This document shows, piece after piece, positions 50,666 to 56,348 of a stretch of 56,348 nucleotides of DNA. A model generated the notes under the pieces. It was not told where the DNA came from, did no database searches, and saw only the letters and a list, made by a program, of their open reading frames with translations. Within the stretch, counting starts at the first letter, position 1. The number at the start of each line of letters is the position of its first letter. This stretch comes from Actinomycetes bacterium (GTDB taxonomy: Bacteria > Actinomycetota > Thermoleophilia > BMS3ABIN01), in the NCBI GenBank assembly GCA_024275795.1, contig JAJRYJ010000064.1:1-56348 (forward strand). The letters are read 5' to 3'. Both the position numbers and the translations under genes were made by a program.

Positions 50666-51667
50666 TCAGGCCATACCGTCTACCCAGCCCTCGATGGTCG
50701 TTTTATCGGATCCCAGTTCGTCGGCTATCTCGGCCAGACTCATTCCCTGACTGTAAAGGTTGCGGGCCCGTGTCTGCCGGTCACGGTATGCCTTGCTGCG
50801 ACAGGCGTTGGAGCAGAAATAGCGGTTGGTTCTCGCCGTATAGTGGTCGATCTCGAACCATGATTCACACTGGCGGCAACGGCGGTAGTCCTTCTCCTGC
50901 GTCACCGACTGGGCGAACTGCAGCCAGATGGCGCCGATGAGGTTCACGGGCGTGAAATACAGGCTCCAGCGCTTCCGGACTGAATCATCCCATAGTATCC
51001 GCGGTGAGATTCTACTCTCCAGATGCCGGTTAGTGATCGCCTGTACCCACATCTTGGCCGGCACCACCAGGTCGCCTGCCCTGTAATAGTCGATAACCTC
51101 GGGGTGTGTACGGAACCAGCGCAGGTCATCCGGCTCGAAATCCGGGAAGGACGCCGCCGGGTCGGGAAGGTTGCGGACTGAGCCGCCCTTGATATCGGCG
51201 TCCACCCAGCTTATGATCGGTGACAATCGGGTTGTAAGCCCATGGGCATCCTCGGCCTGCACCATATCCCATAGCCTAAGAGCCTTGCTTATGGAGCGGA
51301 TCTCACGGTGCCAGACTTCAAGCGGCTCAAGGGTGCACAGAAGCGGGGGACTATTGGGGTCGGCATTCTCCCTGTCTAATCCCAGCATCCCGTAGGTGTC
51401 TGCAAAGGCAAGGATTCCCTCTTCCGATGTTTCAGCCTCCGCAAAGGACCTGAAAAGACATTTATGTTGTTTTAACGGGTTGTACTGCTCGATATCGCCG
51501 ATTCCCGCAGCCGGATCGACATTGACACTGATAAAGCGTTGCATTGTCCCCGGCGGCGCCGGTTCACATCCTGAAAGTGCCGCTGTTTCGTCATCCGCTG
51601 CCATGGCCACAACACAGTGGCCATCCCTGTTCCTGAACCAACTGAATTCGAATATCTCGCCCGGCAT
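50666..51667 (-). CDS. CGNR-type zinc finger protein with C-terminal HTH
   Basis: CRQCESWF...RYFCSNACRSKAYRDR followed by GMSLAEIADELGSDKTTIEGWV; GAGGAG RBS. Confidence 0.75.
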   Translation of the reverse strand: MPGEIFEFSWFRNRDGHCVVAMAADDETAALSGCEPAPPGTMQRFISVNVDPAAGIGDIEQYNPLKQHKCLFRSFAEAETSEEGILAFADTYGMLGLDRENADPNSPPLLCTLEPLEVWHREIRSISKALRLWDMVQAEDAHGLTTRLSPIISWVDADIKGGSVRNLPDPAASFPDFEPDDLRWFRTHPEVIDYYRAGDLVVPAKMWVQAITNRHLESRISPRILWDDSVRKRWSLYFTPVNLIGAIWLQFAQSVTQEKDYRRCRQCESWFEIDHYTARTNRYFCSNACRSKAYRDRQTRARNLYSQGMSLAEIADELGSDKTTIEGWVDGMA

Positions 51668-51706
51668 CTGGTTTTATCTCCTCGTAATCGTTATAATAGC
51701 TATCAA

Positions 51707-51748
51707 GCGTTACGGGAATTATATATAATTACGTATTGTATGGCAACT
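51707..51748 (-). promoter_or_regulatory. Sigma-70 promoter of the CGNR gene (copy 1 of a dispersed repeat)
   Basis: Minus strand TTGCCA-N17-TATAAT followed by TCCCGTAACGC. Confidence 0.75.
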
Positions 51749-52035
51749 TATACCATGGATATGATACAATTCTCGTCTTTTTAATAATGTTTCAACAACC
51801 GGTCTGAAAAGTGAGCCCCCAATAGTCCCGAGCTCTGGAATAAAAAGGCAATCCCGGCAATCTGCACCTCGGAAAGTATTTCATTGGCTGCTCTGGAATT
51901 CCTTATGCGACTGCATCTGGAGCTAACCCCGGGAGACCTGAAATATCACAATCATTATTGTAACGGATGACGTCATGATTATTAGAGTCCACCTTCGTGC
52001 AACCGGGATATGCGGACATGTTCCTCATTTTTCAC

Positions 52036-53769
52036 ATGAACAGGCATAACTCCGCCGCCGGGACGGCACGCAGCCGGGTCGACAACACGAAACCGGCGTT
52101 GGCAGCCGTAATTTTTTCCGCGCTCTGCATTACGCTTCCCTTCATAACCAAGGCCTTCCGCCTTGACGATACCTTCTTCGTGCGCCTCGCCCAGGAGAAG
52201 CTCGTGCACCCCCTGGCGCTTGGTCTTCCGGAACACAGCTTTGAGGGAAATCTCCTCACGCTGTATCTCGATACTCACCCACCACTGCTCAGCAGCTACC
52301 TTTCGCTCCTCATCCGCATCTTCGGCGGCGCTTCAGAAGTCGGGTTGCACCTGGGTTTCGTCATCTTCCCGGTAATTGCCGGCGTATCGATGTTTTTCCT
52401 CGGACGACGGTTCACAGGCAGCCCGCTTCTCTCGGCGCTGCTGCTTATAATGACACCCGGTTTCATGGTCATGTCGCAAAGCGTCATGACCGATACGCCG
52501 GTGCTGGCGTTCTGGCTAGCGGCGATCGCGGCCTATGTGTACGCTCTGGACCGCGATGATGGCCGGCTGCTCATAGTCTCGGGTATCTTCACCAGCCTGG
52601 CAATTTTTACTACATATCAGTCACTCAGTCTGTTGCCGCTGTTCTTTTTGTACGCGCTGCTCTGGCGGCGCATCACCATGAAGAACATGCTGCCGCTGAT
52701 CGCCGGCCTCGCGGTCATCACAATCATCATTTTCAATTACTACGCCGTGACCGGTGGGCCACCCAAACTTTCTTACGGCATCGGACTCACCTTCGCGCCC
52801 TGGTTCATGGCTGACAAGGTGCTGTCGTCGGTCTCGACCATCGGCGGCGCGACGATTTTCCCGCTGATTATCATCGTGGGAATGCTCAAGGGGAAGAAGG
52901 ACCGCCTCGTGTTCGGCATGATGTTCGCAGCGCTGCTTGTTTACTACCTGTTCAAGGTGACTTCGGACCAGTATACGGTGGCGGCAGCCATCCTGCTGAC
53001 GCTCTTTTATTCTGCAGGATTGCTCGCGCTCTACCGTTTTGCCAGAATGGGGCTGGAGGCTGCTTTTGCCAAGAAAAGGACAGCGAGCGACTTCGATAAT
53101 ATCTTCCTTGCACTCTGGATCGCGGGCGTCCTCTTCTATACGATTTTTCTGCTGCCTTACTCCTCGACCCGTTACCTGCTCGCACTCTTTCCGCCGGTTA
53201 TCCTCCTGTTTGTGAAGTACACTCGGGAAATTGTTTCGCGGCAGGATGATGATGCGAAGGGAAGTTCCTGCGATATAACAGACGAGAAGCCTTCAATGAG
53301 CAGGGGCGGCAGGTGGGAGGTTTTTGCGATCGCCGCAGTCGTCTGCACCGCCTTGACCGGCTTTGCTGCCTCGATTGCTGACTACCAACTAGCGGGAGTC
53401 TACCGCAGCTTCGCCAACGACTATGTGCAGAAGCTTGAGGCCGATGGTCACCAAGTCTGGTTCGCAGGGGAATTCGGACTTCGATACTACCTTGAGGAGA
53501 ACGGCGGACGCTATCTCACCAGAGACGACAATACACCTGCTTCGGGGGATTACGTCATCCTCAGCCACCAGCTTATCGCCTTTTTCATCTCCCCTGACCT
53601 GGGGAGGCGGCTGCAGCTCGAACAAATGGTGGATTACCCTGGCACATGGCCCGTAAGAATCGAGCATCCCGACAGTCAGGCGGGCTTTTACGACCAGTTC
53701 CACGGGGTTCTTCCCTGGTCGCTTTCCCAGGCTCCTATCGAATCAATCTGGATATATGTAGTTGAATAA
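52036..53769 (+). CDS. GT-C (PMT_2/ArnT-like) membrane glycosyltransferase
   Basis: First loop RLDD...THPPL, VMTDTP, RYLL.L.PP, more than ten TM segments, soluble C-terminus; start may be 51997 or 52018. Confidence 0.78.
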   Translation: MNRHNSAAGTARSRVDNTKPALAAVIFSALCITLPFITKAFRLDDTFFVRLAQEKLVHPLALGLPEHSFEGNLLTLYLDTHPPLLSSYLSLLIRIFGGASEVGLHLGFVIFPVIAGVSMFFLGRRFTGSPLLSALLLIMTPGFMVMSQSVMTDTPVLAFWLAAIAAYVYALDRDDGRLLIVSGIFTSLAIFTTYQSLSLLPLFFLYALLWRRITMKNMLPLIAGLAVITIIIFNYYAVTGGPPKLSYGIGLTFAPWFMADKVLSSVSTIGGATIFPLIIIVGMLKGKKDRLVFGMMFAALLVYYLFKVTSDQYTVAAAILLTLFYSAGLLALYRFARMGLEAAFAKKRTASDFDNIFLALWIAGVLFYTIFLLPYSSTRYLLALFPPVILLFVKYTREIVSRQDDDAKGSSCDITDEKPSMSRGGRWEVFAIAAVVCTALTGFAASIADYQLAGVYRSFANDYVQKLEADGHQVWFAGEFGLRYYLEENGGRYLTRDDNTPASGDYVILSHQLIAFFISPDLGRRLQLEQMVDYPGTWPVRIEHPDSQAGFYDQFHGVLPWSLSQAPIESIWIYVVE

Positions 53770-53794
53770 GGTTCAGAAACATCCTGCGACCCAA

Positions 53795-54382
53795 TCAATA
53801 GCCCGGGACGCCGTCGCCTGAATAGTTGGAATTCTCCTGAATCCTGGGGTTTATTTCATATTCGGTAAGAAAATAGGACAAGGACATCGGACCGACCATG
53901 GACCAGTTGATATCGTCTGCCGTCTCCCGGTCAACCATCAGTCTACAGGCGACCTCATCGCTCTTTACACCCTGATCAACGCCGTAGATGGTCACGACCA
54001 CCTTGGAGACCTCGGGGTATTGAAAAAGCGGCGGTAGCGTCTTGTATACAAAGGAGGACAATACTCCCGCTAAGGTACCATCTCCCCAGTCGGCTGGACG
54101 GTCAAACTCGATTTCGACGGTCTTGTCCATCTCCTCTCCAGAAATCTCGGCACGGCGCACCAGCGACATATCGTTCAAGCTGTATGAGAGTATATCCTGG
54201 ACAGTGCTCTCCGTCAGGGCCGCCTCCTGCCCATGCACCCCCATCTCACTGGTCCCGATGACGGTGGTAACCTGTTGCGAGTCGCAACCATTAATTACCA
54301 GCCCCGTTGCCGAAACAGTCCCCACTGCCAGAAACATCACGACGATCTTCAGAAGAATACGTGTTGGTTTTGTGCTGTTCAA
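53795..54382 (-). CDS. Hypothetical exported protein, possible lipoprotein
   Basis: TTG start with AGGAGG RBS; hydrophobic N-terminus ending INGC; acidic globular domain. Confidence 0.6.
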   Translation of the reverse strand: MNSTKPTRILLKIVVMFLAVGTVSATGLVINGCDSQQVTTVIGTSEMGVHGQEAALTESTVQDILSYSLNDMSLVRRAEISGEEMDKTVEIEFDRPADWGDGTLAGVLSSFVYKTLPPLFQYPEVSKVVVTIYGVDQGVKSDEVACRLMVDRETADDINWSMVGPMSLSYFLTEYEINPRIQENSNYSGDGVPGY

Positions 54383-54520
54383 GATCGTTCCAGCCTCCTT
54401 TTTCTCCTTGATTCGTTCAGGATACTCCGGTTGTGTGGCACGAATGGAGTTTCACACTCTAAGGGTAAACGGTCTGGAACGAGGCCGACTGCTATCTTGA
54501 ATATGCCTGTCACCCGGCAA

Positions 54521-54541
54521 CCAAGTGAATCATTCACTTGG
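54521..54541. repeat. Perfect 21-bp palindrome, operator-like
   Basis: CCAAGTGAAT-C-ATTCACTTGG. Confidence 0.7.
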
Positions 54542-54858
54542 GATGTGGCACATCTCACTGGATGTATGAAATGAACGAAACAACTCAACAAAGATGCTGC
54601 ACTGATCGTCAAGGAAGACCTTGATTCAGACCTCGAGGGGCGGTATACGCAAGCGGTTTGCATCCGCATCGCCCATGCCAGCTCCGGACGTCACATTATC
54701 GCATAAAGTAACCGTGGCCTCCTTTTCGATTGCTATATCTAACTGATCTTGACACGCCCTGTGGGGCTTAAGACCTGTAAATATGATGTTTTTTATCCAG
54801 AAATAGGGAATCTTTACCCCTCAGACGATGACATGAAGCGTCTCTGTGTCTGTTTGCA

Positions 54859-55007
54859 TGATCCAACTGAACTCGAAAAACTCACCTGGTGTTAAAAAGG
54901 CCTGCTAAAACCAGATAAATCTAACTGTTTATCTCTCAATATCGAGTTATGAAACTCTTAATAATGCGTTACGTGAATTATATAAGAATATGTATTGTAT
55001 ATCAACT
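54859..55007 (-). pseudogene. Decayed duplicate of the promoter and first codons of the CGNR gene
   Basis: 54966-55007 is 35/42 identical to 51707-51748; 54859-54892 is 26/34 identical to 51634-51667 and reads (T)PGEFFEFSW versus MPGEIFEFSW, with ATG changed to ACA. Confidence 0.75.
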
Positions 55008-55287
55008 ATCATCACATATACAATTGTAGTCGGTTAACTTGCATTAGCCGCATTAGGAATGGGGATAGGGGGAAATCGACATCCAGGTTGCCGGGCCTGG
55101 CATTGGAGAAGCCAGCTTCCTTCACCGGAGACCTGTTTCGGAATCGAGCTTTCCCGTTATAACTCCTGTCCCTCGTGCTGGCTGATGAAGAGGGGTACAA
55201 GGAGGTGGTGGGATAAGGGGAAAACACAGGCACTATCGATTCACGAATAATAAAAAAAAGAACATGTCAAGACTAGAAGGAGCAACA

Positions 55288-56214
55288 ATGAAGACAAACA
55301 AGGATAACAGGGATATGGAAGAAGCTGTCCCGAGCGGTATCTCGCGGCGCAAGTTCCTCAGCCGGGGAGCCATGGCTGTCGGCGCCGCCGGCGCTACGTT
55401 GGCAGCCACAGGAGGCCTCGGACTGCTTTCCGGCGGTCTCGCCTCGGCGCAGTCTTCACCGACATGTGCGACCGTACCGGGCACCGTAAAGCACCCAAGA
55501 GGAACATGGGGTTATCCGAGCGCAGGACTGGATCCTGGTGAATGCGCCGAGCGCGCATATCACTCATATCAGGTAGGTCACTGTGCCTACGGTGTGATGG
55601 ATGGAGTCCTCGGCATGCTTCAGGATACGCTGGGCTCTCCCTACACGAACCTTGACCTGACTTCCTTCATCTTCTTGTGGGGCGGGCTCAATGGTTGGGG
55701 CACGGTATGCGGAACGATCGCCGGTGCCGGCCTCACGGCCAATCTCATTGCCGGCGTAAACGCCACTACCGGGCTTGATGATGGCATGGCGATGAGCGAA
55801 GAGCTGACGGGATATTATGCATCGGCCGTAATTCCGGATTATGATCCGATTTCAAGCGAGTACGGAGGCACGGATACCGCTTATCTGCCTGGAGGAGCAA
55901 TCCCCCAGGATACCCCCGATACACCTATTTGCCACGTATCGGTAAGCAAGTGGATGACTGTCGCCGGCGTCGGTGATTTCTGGACTGAAGAAAGAAATGA
56001 ACGCTGCGCCAGGCTGGCCGCCCAAATGGCCAGAAAGACAGTCGAACTGCTAAACGCGTGGAATGATGGTACCTATGTATATGGCGGTACCGGTGCTGGC
56101 GCGTGGCCGGCTCCTCCTGGCTTCTTCCCCTCTCCAGGCTTCAATAATCCAGCGTTCGGCGGTTACGGACGCCCCGCGCAGGAGAACTGCACGGACTGCC
56201 ACACTACACCGTAA
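55288..56214 (+). CDS. Tat-exported split-Soret cytochrome c-like protein (C-GCAxxG-C-C family)
   Basis: SRRKFL Tat motif, HCAYG, GWGTVCG, ICHVSVSKW, ERCARL, C-terminal CTDCH heme motif; AAGGAG RBS before ATG 55288. Confidence 0.85.
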   Translation: MKTNKDNRDMEEAVPSGISRRKFLSRGAMAVGAAGATLAATGGLGLLSGGLASAQSSPTCATVPGTVKHPRGTWGYPSAGLDPGECAERAYHSYQVGHCAYGVMDGVLGMLQDTLGSPYTNLDLTSFIFLWGGLNGWGTVCGTIAGAGLTANLIAGVNATTGLDDGMAMSEELTGYYASAVIPDYDPISSEYGGTDTAYLPGGAIPQDTPDTPICHVSVSKWMTVAGVGDFWTEERNERCARLAAQMARKTVELLNAWNDGTYVYGGTGAGAWPAPPGFFPSPGFNNPAFGGYGRPAQENCTDCHTTP

Positions 56215-56260
56215 CAAGCAACCCAGAATAGCCTTCACTAACGATGAGGAGGATGAAGAA

Positions 56261-56348
56261 ATGAAGTCTAAAAGAAAACTGGGCCTTGTAGCGGTGATGG
56301 CTGGCATCATGGCCCTTGTGATAATCATGGGGGCGGGTGGCGTCGGCA
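56261..56348 (+). CDS. 5' end of an exported protein, cut by the window edge
   Basis: GAGGAGG RBS, MKSKRKLGLVAVMAGIMALVIIMGAGGVG signal-like N-terminus, open to the end. Confidence 0.65.
   Translation, partial: MKSKRKLGLVAVMAGIMALVIIMGAGGVG

Noticed and set aside
51790-51950. Possible riboswitch upstream of the GT-C gene
   Set aside because: Could not match the conserved cores of Moco, c-di-GMP, cobalamin or SAM riboswitches by eye; needs an Rfam scan.
54436-54451. TGGCACG as a sigma-54 promoter
   Set aside because: No GC at -12 (reads GAGT) and no gene immediately downstream on that strand.

Overview
GC-rich bacterial chromosome segment, most consistent with a monoderm, probably anaerobic deep-branching actinobacterium (inference from LGFP repeats, DUF2304, a CGNR zinc finger, leaderless starts and no outer-membrane genes). 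Left to right: (1) greA-lysS, an OmpR-type two-component system and two exported proteins (1-6.0 kb). (2) A ~31 kb cell-envelope glycosylation locus (6.1-36.8 kb) with GT2/GT4/WecB/GT-C enzymes, UDP-glucuronate decarboxylase, a methyltransferase, a B12 radical SAM enzyme, Wzm/Wzt and a methyltransferase-coiled-coil-GT2-GT4 protein. It also holds two large secreted proteins sharing the same fourfold C-terminal FxWYD repeat module, an amidase-LGFP-SpoIID gene split by an in-frame TAG, and a TIR-flanked HUH Y1 transposase beside tRNA-Gly(CCC). (3) polX, a lipoprotein peptidase, dusB and an ABC-2 pair. (4) A sigma-54 module (rpoN, PAS kinase, NtrC-type activator, MacB-type ABC) followed by a near-perfect sigma-54 promoter that appears to drive a ~96-nt small RNA. 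(5) An AT-richer accessory tail bracketed by two copies of the promoter and 5' end of a CGNR-zinc-finger gene, then a Tat-exported split-Soret-type cytochrome. The best candidates for undescribed biology are the FxWYD repeat module as a glycan-binding surface anchor encoded inside its glycan locus and the sigma-54-dependent sRNA. All family calls are from motif recognition by eye; no searches were run.
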